DNA from: Planctomycetota bacterium
Lineage (GTDB): Bacteria; Planctomycetota; UBA1135; JACQFD01
Reading direction: 5' to 3'
NCBI GenBank assembly: GCA_016792805.1
Contig: JAEUHX010000076.1
Span: forward strand, 29,541 to 93,540
Length of the DNA: 64,000 nucleotides
This document shows, piece by piece, positions 25,160-34,607 of this stretch (its first letter is position 1; every line of letters begins with the position of its first letter). A program made the position numbers and the translations under genes. A model generated the notes under the pieces. That model was not told the origin of the DNA. It searched no databases and worked only from the letters and a program-made list of their open reading frames with translations.

Positions 25160-28100
25160 TTACATCAGCTCGCGGACCTGCGCTGGCTTGGGGGATCGCA
25201 TGGCATGCGCCATGGCCCGAGCCAGATCGTGAACGCGATAGGGCTTCTTCAGCAGCGCCAGCGCGCCGCGGGCGAGCAGCGCGTCGGCGGCATTGCCGGC
25301 GGCGTAGCCCGTGGTAATCACAATTCGCGTGCCCGGGTCGCTCGCCTGCATTGCGGAGAACACCTCCTCGCCCGACATCCCCGGCATGGTCAGATCCAAC
25401 AGAACGACGTCGACCGCCGAGCCCTGGGCTCGCAGCACCTCGAGTGCCTCCCGGCCGCCCGGCACCGCAATCGGCTCATAGCCGAGCGTCGCGAGCATGT
25501 CGCTCGTGACGCGCCGGAGCGTCGGCTCGTCCTCCACGACGAGCACGGTGCCCGTCCCGCGCAGCAACTCCATCGGCTCTGGGATCTTTTTCGGCTCCTG
25601 CGCTCGCTCCGCGCTCGGGAAGGAGAGGCGGAATTGTGTTCCTTCGCCCGGCCGCGAGCGGCAATCAATCGTGCCCCCGTGGGCACGCACCGTGGCGAAG
25701 ACGATCGCGCACCCGAGCCCGGTGCCCTTTCCTTGGGGTTTCGTCGTGAAGAACGGTTCATACAGGCGACGCAACACTTCGGGCGGCATGCCGACCCCGG
25801 TGTCGGCCACTTCCACGACGACCCGCGGGCGGTCGCCGTCGACGGCCTCGATCGAGGTCGTCAGAGTGATCTTGCCGCCGCGAGGCATCGCGTCGCGCGC
25901 ATTGGTTGCGAGGTTCAGCAGCGCCTGGCGAATGGCCGTCTCGTCTCCCACGAAGTAGCAGGCGGACGGCGCGAGGTGAACCACGATCTCGATCGACGGG
26001 TCGAAGGTGTGCCGGAGCACATCGACGATGCCCGAGACGATCGAATTCAATTCTGTAACGACGCGAACCCCGGGAGCTGTGCGGCCGAGCACCAGGAGGC
26101 GGCGGGCCAGCTCGGCCGCCTGCTCCGCCACCGTCTCGATGCCGGCGATGTGCTCCACGAGCGGCGAGTCGGCAGGAAGTTTGGATCGAAGGAGCGTGGC
26201 CAAGCCCACGATGCTTCCGAGGTGATTGTTGAAATCGTGGGCGAGGCCCGCGGCAAGCTTCCCAAGGCTGTCGACCGTCTTCGCCTGCAGCGCCCGCGCC
26301 TCGAGCTGGCGCCGTTCTGTGACATCAGAAACGATAGCCACAATTTCGTTTGAGCCCGCAACTCGAGAAAGCGCCGCCGCGGCATCGAAGCTATCGGCCC
26401 CGCGCCGCCCTTTGAGGAAGCCCACCCAGTGGCCCGAACTGCGCACTGCGGAGAGCGCCGAGGAGATCGTTTCGGCTTCCGACGGGTCGAAAAGCAACGC
26501 AATGGATCCGCGCTCGTGAATCGCACTATTCCCAGCGAACATTGAATAGGTGCCTTCGTTGGCGTAGCCGATCGAGCCGTCGGCAGATAGCGAGAACACA
26601 GCTTCGCGCATCGCTTCCACGAGGGCCGAGCGCAGCCGAACTGCCTCGAAGAGCCGCACTTGCACAATGGCTGCGGCGGCGAGCCCGCCGAATCGCTCCA
26701 GCAGCTCGAGGTCGCGCTGCTGGAAGGGGAGATGGGGCGCAAGCTGCCCGACGGTCAGCACGCCGACTGTGACGCCTCCCGCAGTGATCGGCACCGCCAG
26801 CACCCCAAAGGGCACCGGGTCGGGGCCCTTTGCGCGCCGCAGCCGTTCGGCTGCCGCGGGAAGCATGTTCAGATCCTCCCGCATCTCCTCCGGAGTCAAT
26901 AGATGGCCACGCTGCGACCGGAAGACTTGTCCGAGATATGTGGTTGCAATAGGCACGCGAAATGCCTGCGGATTCGCCTCAGCCGGGAATCCGCGCTCGA
27001 AGCGGGATACCAAATATCCTCCCTCCTCGAAAAATAGCACGCCCGAGTCGGCATTCGGGAAGAGGTCCACGGCGCGCTGGACCACATCTTGTAACAGCTC
27101 ATCGGGCTCGCGCAGCGCCGTGAGGTCGCGCGTGGCGTCAAGAAGCGCCGCGAGCTCCGCCGCGCGCCGCTCCAGCGCGCGTTCGGCCCGCTGGCGGTCG
27201 AGATCGGTCGCGAGGAACTCGCCAATAATCTTCAGCGATTCCACCTCGTGCGTCGTGAAACCCGTCGGCGAGTCCGACAGAGCCACCAGCACGCCGAGCG
27301 GCGTGTGGTCCGGCGCCAGCAGTGGCACGCTCACAAATCCCTGAATGTCGAGAGCCGCGAGTTCGGCCGCGTGCGCGAGCGTGGGATCTTTGGGAATCCC
27401 CTGGATGAGAACTCGCCGCTCGTCGAGAGCCGCATCCCAAGGATAGGGAGGCGCGAGGCGGGCTAGCGCATCGAGGCGATGCACCGCAGAGCCGGCGGCG
27501 AGCTCGAACCGCGTCGCGGCGCGGCCCTTCACGGCGGGTTCGACCGGGACGCCCACGCCGACGAGGCGCAGGTCGAGCGCTTCGGCCGTTTCCGCCAGTA
27601 GGCGGTCGGCGCGGATGGTCGTTCCGGTCTCGGGAAGAATCGTGATCGTCAATTTGCCGACGATCTCGCGCGCCGCCTCGCCGCTCGACAGCTCACGCAT
27701 GTGGCAGAGAAACGCCTCGTGGTCGCCGAGCCGCGCATGAGTGAGGATCACGAATGCGGGAGCGCGAGCGCCGTCGGGGCGGAGCACGCTGTATACGGCG
27801 GCGAGTGTGGGGAGCTGGCGCGCCTGTTCGAAATGCCGCCGAAAGCGGGGCCGGCTGCGCGGCTCAAGAATCTCGGCGAAGGCAAGCCCGACGACGTCGC
27901 GCGGGTCGCGGCCGGTGATCGAGCGGATCGCCGAGTCACAGGATTTTACAAATCCGTCGCCGCTCAGCGTCAGAACGGCCCGAGCCAGGTGCCGCCGCAG
28001 CGCATTCGGCTCGCCGTCGGTCTCCGCCACAGCCGCGGCCCGAACGAGCACCGCCGCGGAGAGGAGCCGGCCGCGGGCGCGCTCGAAAGCGTCGTCGCGC

Positions 28101-28435
28101 GACAGCACGGCGCAGGCGAGGGGAGGCTTCTTCGGTTCATCGCCAATTCTTACAAATGCGATGCCGCTGCCGCGGCCGGCTCTTGCCAGTGCGGTGGCTG
28201 CGAAGAATCCGGTGGCATTCGCGGTAACCGTGGTGCACCGGTCAAAGGTCGTCGCCTCGAGCCCCTCCTTCAATAATCGCTCGGCGTCGAAATTTGTTTC
28301 AATGCCGTAGCTCGAATACGCGGCTGCATCCTCCGACTCGAAGAGGATCAGGCCGGGAACGTTGGCGAGCCGCGCCAGCAACCTGGCGAGGTCCGGCTCG
28401 CCGCGGCTCTCGGAGCCGGCGGCATGCTGCCACAC
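25160..28435 (-). CDS. Cytoplasmic hybrid sensor histidine kinase/response regulator (GAF/PAS modules)
   Basis: The H box is LAHDFNNHLGSIVG. ATPase boxes are LLNLATNARDAM, DTGVGM and GTGLGCAIV. The C-terminal receiver reads VLVVEDEPTLR...VVLLDLTMPGMSGEE...LKKP. I see no TM segment. Confidence 0.9.
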   Translation of the reverse strand: MWQHAAGSESRGEPDLARLLARLANVPGLILFESEDAAAYSSYGIETNFDAERLLKEGLEATTFDRCTTVTANATGFFAATALARAGRGSGIAFVRIGDEPKKPPLACAVLSRDDAFERARGRLLSAAVLVRAAAVAETDGEPNALRRHLARAVLTLSGDGFVKSCDSAIRSITGRDPRDVVGLAFAEILEPRSRPRFRRHFEQARQLPTLAAVYSVLRPDGARAPAFVILTHARLGDHEAFLCHMRELSSGEAAREIVGKLTITILPETGTTIRADRLLAETAEALDLRLVGVGVPVEPAVKGRAATRFELAAGSAVHRLDALARLAPPYPWDAALDERRVLIQGIPKDPTLAHAAELAALDIQGFVSVPLLAPDHTPLGVLVALSDSPTGFTTHEVESLKIIGEFLATDLDRQRAERALERRAAELAALLDATRDLTALREPDELLQDVVQRAVDLFPNADSGVLFFEEGGYLVSRFERGFPAEANPQAFRVPIATTYLGQVFRSQRGHLLTPEEMREDLNMLPAAAERLRRAKGPDPVPFGVLAVPITAGGVTVGVLTVGQLAPHLPFQQRDLELLERFGGLAAAAIVQVRLFEAVRLRSALVEAMREAVFSLSADGSIGYANEGTYSMFAGNSAIHERGSIALLFDPSEAETISSALSAVRSSGHWVGFLKGRRGADSFDAAAALSRVAGSNEIVAIVSDVTERRQLEARALQAKTVDSLGKLAAGLAHDFNNHLGSIVGLATLLRSKLPADSPLVEHIAGIETVAEQAAELARRLLVLGRTAPGVRVVTELNSIVSGIVDVLRHTFDPSIEIVVHLAPSACYFVGDETAIRQALLNLATNARDAMPRGGKITLTTSIEAVDGDRPRVVVEVADTGVGMPPEVLRRLYEPFFTTKPQGKGTGLGCAIVFATVRAHGGTIDCRSRPGEGTQFRLSFPSAERAQEPKKIPEPMELLRGTGTVLVVEDEPTLRRVTSDMLATLGYEPIAVPGGREALEVLRAQGSAVDVVLLDLTMPGMSGEEVFSAMQASDPGTRIVITTGYAAGNAADALLARGALALLKKPYRVHDLARAMAHAMRSPKPAQVRELM

Positions 28436-28442
28436 CGCGCGC

Positions 28443-30005
28443 CTACACCTTGCGCGAGACGGACTTCGCTTGGAGGAACAGCCCCAAATAATCGCGGCCG
28501 CCCGCCTTCGAGTCGGTGCCGCTCATATTGAATCCGCCGAAGGGGTGGGCGCCCACGAGGGCACCTGTGCACTTGCGGTTCAAGTAAAGATTTCCCACAA
28601 AAAACTCGTCGCGGGCGCGGGCGAGCTTTTTCTCGTCGCGAGTGAACACCGCGCCGGTGAGGCCGAACTCGGTGCCGTTGGCGATTCGGAGCGCGTCGCC
28701 GAAATCCTTGGCGCGGATGACGGCGAGCACCGGGCCGAAGATCTCCTCTTGGGCGATCTTCCCCGTGTCGGGAACGTCGATGATGACCGTCGGCTGGAGG
28801 AACCAGCCGGCGCCCGGCGCGACACCTCCGCCCGTCAGCAGCTTCCCTTCGCGCTTGCCCGCCTCGATGAACTCAAGAATCTTGCGGCGCGCGCCTTCAT
28901 TGATCACCGGGCCCATGCTCGGGTTGCGCTCGGCGGGGCCGACGGTGATCGCCTCGACCTCTTTCTTGAGCTTCGGAATGAACTCGTCGTAGACCGCCGT
29001 GTCGACGATGGCGCGCGAGCAGGCGGAGCATTTTTGACCTTGGTAGCCGAAGGCGCTCGCTGCGACGGCCTTGGCGGCGACGTCGAGGTCGCAGTCGCGG
29101 TCAACGATGATGGCATCCTTTCCGCCCATCTCGAGAATGGTGCGCTTCAGCCACAATTGTCCAGGGTGAACCTTCGCGGCGCGCTCGTGGATCTGGATGC
29201 CGACTTCTTTGGAGCCGGTGAATGCCACAAATCGAACCTTGGCGCTCTCGACGAGGCGGTTGCCGATGGTGGAGCCGCCGCCGGTCACGAAGTTCAACAC
29301 TCCGGCCGGGATGCCGACCTCGCGCAGCAAGCTCACTAAATCGGCGGCGATGGCGGCCGAGTCGGAGGCGGGCTTCAGGATCACCGTGTTGCCGGTGACG
29401 AGCGCCGCCGTCGTCATGCCCGTGAGGATCGCCAGCGGGAAGTTCCAAGGAGGAATCACGGCGCCGACGCCGAGCGGAAGATACAACAGCTCGTTGCGCT
29501 CACCCGCAATCGGGGTCACGCGGCTCGGATCGGGGCCGCCATAGCGCAGCGCCTCGAGGGCGTAGAACTCAAGAAAATCGATCGCCTCCGCGGTGTCGCC
29601 GTCGGCCTCCGCCCAATTCTTGCCGACTTCATACACCATGCGCGCGGAAAAGTGATGCTTGCGCGCGCGCATGAGCTTGGCTGCGTCGAGCAGGTATTGC
29701 GCGCGCCGCTCCCAGGAGACCTTCGACCACTGCGGGAACGTGCGGTAGGCGGCCTCGATGGCGCGGTCGGCGTCGGCGATCGTGCCGAGCGGGAAGCGGC
29801 CGAGGATGTGCGTCGGCTCCGACGGATCGATCGACTCGAAGAGCGGGCGATCGACGACCTCCTCGCCGTCGATCCACATCGGGTGCGTCTTCCCGCTGCG
29901 CGCGCGCACGTCCTTGAGCGCCTGCTCAAACGCGCGGCGATTCTCGGGTGTCCACTCGGTGAACGGCTCGTTGGTGAAGGTGCGGGCTTGGAGATTGACC
30001 GGCAT
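28443..30005 (-). CDS. pruA: 1-pyrroline-5-carboxylate (L-glutamate gamma-semialdehyde) dehydrogenase
   Basis: ALDH motifs are FTGSKEVG, LEMGGKDAIIV and GQKCSACSR. The N-terminus and length match PruA/RocA-type enzymes. Confidence 0.85.
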   Translation of the reverse strand: MPVNLQARTFTNEPFTEWTPENRRAFEQALKDVRARSGKTHPMWIDGEEVVDRPLFESIDPSEPTHILGRFPLGTIADADRAIEAAYRTFPQWSKVSWERRAQYLLDAAKLMRARKHHFSARMVYEVGKNWAEADGDTAEAIDFLEFYALEALRYGGPDPSRVTPIAGERNELLYLPLGVGAVIPPWNFPLAILTGMTTAALVTGNTVILKPASDSAAIAADLVSLLREVGIPAGVLNFVTGGGSTIGNRLVESAKVRFVAFTGSKEVGIQIHERAAKVHPGQLWLKRTILEMGGKDAIIVDRDCDLDVAAKAVAASAFGYQGQKCSACSRAIVDTAVYDEFIPKLKKEVEAITVGPAERNPSMGPVINEGARRKILEFIEAGKREGKLLTGGGVAPGAGWFLQPTVIIDVPDTGKIAQEEIFGPVLAVIRAKDFGDALRIANGTEFGLTGAVFTRDEKKLARARDEFFVGNLYLNRKCTGALVGAHPFGGFNMSGTDSKAGGRDYLGLFLQAKSVSRKV

Positions 30006-30066
30006 GGCGCGGGCTAGGAAAGGGGGGCGAGCATTCTAGCTGGCGAGTAGGCTGGCGCGGACTCCC

Positions 30067-31797
30067 ATGGAGCGATCGTCGAAGCAGGGTGTGGCGTCCG
30101 ATCCCGCGCGCGCCGGGGTGAGTCGGCGGCATTTGTGGTCTTCCACCGCCGTTCGCGCCGCGATCTTGGTGCTTGGGATTGCGGGAGTCGTCGCTCTAGC
30201 TTGGGTCACCCGGCCGGATTTGGAGGAGGGCGCGGACCCGTTTTGGGCGCCGCCTGAGCTCGGCAGCCACGGTCCGAAGTCGGAGCCGGCTGTGGCACAA
30301 GGGCTTAGCGATTCGGAACGCCGAGCCGCGAGCGCGACGGCGGAAGACGACAGCGTCCGAGTGCCTAGCGCGCCTCTCCACTCTCGGCCGCCGATGCGGC
30401 TCTCGATTCGCGTCCAAGGGCTCGATGGGCAGCCGCTCGCCGGGGCTGCGGTGCGTGTCTCAAACCGGTTTGCCTTCTTCGTCAAGGAGGCTGATCGCAT
30501 CTGGGAAGCAACAAGCAACGACAATGGGCTAGCCGTTCTGGAAGATTGGCCAAGCGGAGTGCCCGCGATCGTATCTGTCACATCTCCTGGTCTTGTCTTC
30601 TTTGAACGAGAGTTCTCCATATCGCCACTCCAATACGATCAGGAGGTGGTGCAGAAAGCCATATCCCAAGCGGGAACGATTCGCGGCCGCCTCATCCGGC
30701 GATCAACGATGCGCGCAGTGGCAGGCAGCGTCGATGCGAGCTTCGGGGGATCAATCGAGAGCGGTGATTTCCATGACTCGAGCAGTGGAATCGAGGCAGC
30801 ATCCGATAAGGATGGACAATTCATCATGTATGGTCTTTCAGCCGGGAAATGGACTGCATTCGTTCGGTCGAGTTCTACAAGAGATCGGGTCATGGAATTC
30901 ACGCTTGTCTCGGGCGAGGACCGAGACCTCGGCGACATATTCTTGGAGGAACGACTCACATTGGAAGGTCATCTGAGGAATACCAATGGATCCCCGCGAG
31001 TCGGGGTCCGAGTCTCAACGCGTGAGGCTGCGTGGCGCTCGGACTTTGGCGAACATGATGATATCACAGATGCCGTCGGCCGCTTTCGAGTCCAAGCCGC
31101 GTCGTGCATGAATGGTGTGCAATTGTGGGGGTGGGAAGCAGGGAGTTCGGATTCCGTTGTGAGGCTGCTTGGGAGTTTCGACAAGCCCATGAGTGACCTC
31201 TCCCTTTCCTGGGAGCAATTCGGAAACCTCGACGTCGTAGTGCCGAGTTCGGGGGGAATGCGTCCGGGTACACGGGTGATCGTCGAGCTTGAACCGATTC
31301 AGGCGCGCGTTCACACACGGGCACTTCGTCGAATCGGCAAGGCCGGGGGCGACGCCATCCAGTTTCGTTCGCTGCCTCCGGGAGAGTACGCGATCATAGC
31401 CTTCGGATCTGAAGCGTCACGATTTCGACAGAGAGGATTCATCACAATCCCAGAGAGTGCAGATCTCACCCGCCACACATGCATTCTCGAGGAGGAGCGA
31501 ACAGGTCCACGCATTCGAATTGTCGACACAAGCGGAGTTCCGATAAGTTGCGTTCGAGTGGTATGTTATCAGGGTGTTGGTCAAACTGATTACTTCAACG
31601 CGACTATCCGAACAACGGACTTTGATGGGTATGCAGTGCTTGAGGGAGCAGCTGGGAAGATCCGGCTCAACGTAAGAGGGGCAGGCTTGAAATCCTGGTC
31701 GAAGAAGTTCGACCTCCCCGACGTCGCAGCCGACATCGACCTCGGGACCTTTCAGCTCGAGCGTCTCACAGATCCGCAACGCGCGAAGAAGCGTTGA
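30067..31797 (+). CDS. Single-pass membrane protein with CarboxypepD_reg-like beta-sandwich repeats (family member A)
   Basis: The N-terminal TM is AVRAAILVLGIAGVVALAWV. It is a paralog of 32868..34574 (LAVLEDWPSGVPAIVSVTSPGLVF versus LVMFEDWPSGIPFRIVVTAEAHVY; GTIRGRLIRRS versus GGVRGRLVSRS). Part of the gene counts 45-52% G+C (31501-31620). Confidence 0.7.
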   Translation: MERSSKQGVASDPARAGVSRRHLWSSTAVRAAILVLGIAGVVALAWVTRPDLEEGADPFWAPPELGSHGPKSEPAVAQGLSDSERRAASATAEDDSVRVPSAPLHSRPPMRLSIRVQGLDGQPLAGAAVRVSNRFAFFVKEADRIWEATSNDNGLAVLEDWPSGVPAIVSVTSPGLVFFEREFSISPLQYDQEVVQKAISQAGTIRGRLIRRSTMRAVAGSVDASFGGSIESGDFHDSSSGIEAASDKDGQFIMYGLSAGKWTAFVRSSSTRDRVMEFTLVSGEDRDLGDIFLEERLTLEGHLRNTNGSPRVGVRVSTREAAWRSDFGEHDDITDAVGRFRVQAASCMNGVQLWGWEAGSSDSVVRLLGSFDKPMSDLSLSWEQFGNLDVVVPSSGGMRPGTRVIVELEPIQARVHTRALRRIGKAGGDAIQFRSLPPGEYAIIAFGSEASRFRQRGFITIPESADLTRHTCILEEERTGPRIRIVDTSGVPISCVRVVCYQGVGQTDYFNATIRTTDFDGYAVLEGAAGKIRLNVRGAGLKSWSKKFDLPDVAADIDLGTFQLERLTDPQRAKKR

Positions 31798-31871
31798 TCG
31801 CGCCAATCGCAGCGCTTGGATTGAAGCGCTTTGCGAATCACACGCAGGCGCATACCCCTTCCTCACTACGG

Positions 31872-32861
31872 ATGATCCTCCTCGCGCTCCTGTTGCAGTC
31901 GGCTCCAGCACTCGAGCTAGACGACATTCTCCGGGCCCAGCGCGCGGCGGCAACGCAGCTGCGGCAGGGAATTGTGGTTTGTAAGTTTCGGTCCTATCTC
32001 CATACCCTGGGCACAAAACCGTACTCGACCGAAGGCCGGCTCTATTTCGGCTTCGACGGAGAGCGATTGAGAGTGGAATCCGCTTTGTGGGGATTCCAGC
32101 CGGGCGCCGCGGAGCCGACGTTGTTCGAATCCGTTGAGGTCGTTCACGAGTCGGGGGCGTTTCAGCTACAGAAGAGCGGAGCCTGGGAGCCATTTCGTCC
32201 CCAAGATGTGCGCTTGGTGGTCGACCCTCGGACGCTCGGGCGATCCTGGACCTCGCCGCAACAGGGGCTCGCGGAGAGCCTTGCGTCTCTTGGTTTTGCG
32301 CCTCCCGAGGTTCGCGAGCTGCATCCAGGCGTCCTTCGGCTCGAGGCGAGCAAGCAAGGCGATTCGATCCCGCCTGCACAGCGTGCCAGTTTTGTTGCAG
32401 ACCTCCATCGGCAGAAAGGATTTGTATTTCAGCGCGCTGTCATGCTTAGGGAGAACGGGCAGCCCTTTCGACAGATAGCGATCTCGGACTGGGCTGAGTC
32501 TCGAGATTCTTGGCTTCCGGTGCGTGCTACGCAGAAGAGCTTCACTTCTTCGGGCCAATCCTTGTCCGAGCTCGACATGGCACTTCGGTGGAGCGGAGTG
32601 AACGCGGCGCCGGTGAATGTGGATTGGTTCTCAAAGGAGAATCGAGCGACGTCGGGCGAGCCATTGAAATGGTCCTTCGGTGATCTTGATCAGCTCGCGG
32701 CCGTCGCGGGGCCGTTGACTCTCGATCCCGCGTCGGGGGCGAGCCACGGACCGGAGCCGACGGTTCGAATCCTCAAAAGTGCAGCGGCTCTGCTCGGTGT
32801 CGCCTCGCTCTTGGGGCTTTTCATCATCCTGCTCGTTCGTCGAAGCAAAGCCCGGCATTAG
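31872..32861 (+). CDS. Secreted hypothetical protein with a C-terminal TM anchor and basic tail
   Basis: The signal peptide MILLALLLQSAPA starts at ATG 31872. An alternative is TTG 31794, which overlaps the upstream TGA. The C-terminus is ...GPEPTVRILKSAAALLGVASLLGLFIILLVRRSKARH. The body is beta-rich, and a LolA-like fold is only a guess. Confidence 0.6.
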   Translation: MILLALLLQSAPALELDDILRAQRAAATQLRQGIVVCKFRSYLHTLGTKPYSTEGRLYFGFDGERLRVESALWGFQPGAAEPTLFESVEVVHESGAFQLQKSGAWEPFRPQDVRLVVDPRTLGRSWTSPQQGLAESLASLGFAPPEVRELHPGVLRLEASKQGDSIPPAQRASFVADLHRQKGFVFQRAVMLRENGQPFRQIAISDWAESRDSWLPVRATQKSFTSSGQSLSELDMALRWSGVNAAPVNVDWFSKENRATSGEPLKWSFGDLDQLAAVAGPLTLDPASGASHGPEPTVRILKSAAALLGVASLLGLFIILLVRRSKARH

Positions 32862-32867
32862 CCATCC

Positions 32868-34574
32868 ATGAGCCAATCCCAAAGTCGTTGGGCGTGGGCC
32901 TTCGCGAGCCTGGCCGTCCTTTGCCTCCTGGCATGGATCGCGCTGGATCGCATCTCGCGCAGCGCGGAAATAACAGTTCAGAACTCGATGCGAGAGCACG
33001 CACACAATTTCCTCGCGGCCGAATCGGCAAACGACATTGCCGCCGCTTCGCCCTCAACGGCTCGGCGGCTCTCCGAATCGGCGCCCGCATCCGTCGGCGA
33101 GTCGGCGCCTCCGGCAAGCTCGCCCCTCTGGACGCCGAGACGGCCGCCCACGTGCCTGCGCGTACGCGTCTTCGGGCAGGGCGATGCGGTTATCGCAGGA
33201 GCACTTGTGGTAGTTTCTCCGGAGTGCAGCCCTGATTTCTACTATCAAGGCAAGCGCCTCGCGGAGAAGACCGACGCCGCCGGACTTGTGATGTTCGAGG
33301 ATTGGCCGAGCGGCATTCCGTTTCGAATTGTGGTAACTGCAGAAGCCCACGTCTACCGCGAGCGGGTCATTCATCCTCCGCCCGATCGAAAGGACTTCGA
33401 CATCGAGGTGCGTCCGGAGTTCGGCTTAGGAGGCGTCCGGGGGCGCCTCGTCTCTCGCTCGTCGGGCGCTGGAGTCTCGGGCGCCCTCGACGTGGAGCCT
33501 AATCGCCCGATGGATCCCGTTCGCGACGCGCGGACGGGTTATGCCCGCTCGACCGTCACTGACGCGGAGGGGCGATTTCAATTTGCGGGGCTCACGCCGG
33601 GCACATGGAAGCTCTTCGCCGGATCGCACGCGACATCCGTTGCAACAATTCCTGTGACGGTGACCGAATCCACAATCGTGGAGCTCGGAGACGTGCTCCT
33701 GGAGGATCCGGTGTACCTCGAGGGCGTGTTGCTCGACGAGGATGGGAACCCCATGCCGGGGATTCAATTAAGCAGCTCCGCGTTTCCAGCGCATCGGATG
33801 ACAACTCAATACAATACCAAGGGGGTTCCCTGGGTGCGGAAAACGGAGAAGGACGGCAGCTTCCGCCTGCAGGCCCAATATGCCGGCGCCATCACCAGGA
33901 TCATGGGAAACGACTATCGATCTCCCGCGCACCATGGATTCGATCGGATCTTCGGCCCATTCACCGCACCTGCCCGCGACTTGCGGCTTGTCTGGAAACG
34001 CTACGCCGATTTGGTGGTTCGCGCTCGGCTCAAGGAGAGCGGGCGACCCGCAACGCAAGCTCTCGGCTCGCTTGTCACTACCGACCCGAAGAACAATCAG
34101 TCGATTGGAACCGTCAATGTGGACGCCGATCCGGTCACCGGCGAACTCCGATTTGTGGGTGCGCCTCCGGGGCAATACTCGATACGCGTCTTGACTCATG
34201 ACGGCAGCGGGGCGGCGGTATCGATAGAAGTCTTGGTTCCTGAAGTTCAATCAACACACTATTTCACGGTTGAGCTGCCGGAGCCAAAGGGGAAGATTCG
34301 GGCTCGGTTCATCGATTCTCGGAGCTCCCCCATTAGCCTCCTGCCTGTTCGTGCATTCTGGGGGCGTTCCACAAGCGGCCACCCCTGCATCCTTCGAAGA
34401 GAGACTCGGTTCTCCGGTGACATTCAATTCTATGGAATCGTCGGTTCGATTCGACTCGAAGTCAACGATCCGGAGTTCGAGCCCTGGTCTAGAGAGATCG
34501 ACGCGCCGAATGGTGATTTCGACGTCGGCACCGTCGTGCTCTCGCGCCTTCCCGAATATTGCGTTACAAAATGA
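32868..34574 (+). CDS. Single-pass membrane protein with CarboxypepD_reg-like beta-sandwich repeats (family member C)
   Basis: The N-terminal TM is WAFASLAVLCLLAWIAL. It is a paralog of 30067..31797 over its whole length and starts 6 nt after the preceding stop. Confidence 0.7.
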   Translation: MSQSQSRWAWAFASLAVLCLLAWIALDRISRSAEITVQNSMREHAHNFLAAESANDIAAASPSTARRLSESAPASVGESAPPASSPLWTPRRPPTCLRVRVFGQGDAVIAGALVVVSPECSPDFYYQGKRLAEKTDAAGLVMFEDWPSGIPFRIVVTAEAHVYRERVIHPPPDRKDFDIEVRPEFGLGGVRGRLVSRSSGAGVSGALDVEPNRPMDPVRDARTGYARSTVTDAEGRFQFAGLTPGTWKLFAGSHATSVATIPVTVTESTIVELGDVLLEDPVYLEGVLLDEDGNPMPGIQLSSSAFPAHRMTTQYNTKGVPWVRKTEKDGSFRLQAQYAGAITRIMGNDYRSPAHHGFDRIFGPFTAPARDLRLVWKRYADLVVRARLKESGRPATQALGSLVTTDPKNNQSIGTVNVDADPVTGELRFVGAPPGQYSIRVLTHDGSGAAVSIEVLVPEVQSTHYFTVELPEPKGKIRARFIDSRSSPISLLPVRAFWGRSTSGHPCILRRETRFSGDIQFYGIVGSIRLEVNDPEFEPWSREIDAPNGDFDVGTVVLSRLPEYCVTK

Positions 34575-34607
34575 GCGCTGGCCACCGCGGAGACGTGAAT
34601 GACACAG

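Noticed and set aside
32740-32861. A PEP-CTERM-like sorting signal at the C-terminus of the 31872..32861 product (GPEPT...TM...RRSKARH).
   Set aside because: The PEP is separated from the TM helix by a charged 8-residue spacer (TVRILKSA), which is atypical. No exosortase gene is in the window. I keep it only as a generic C-terminal anchor.
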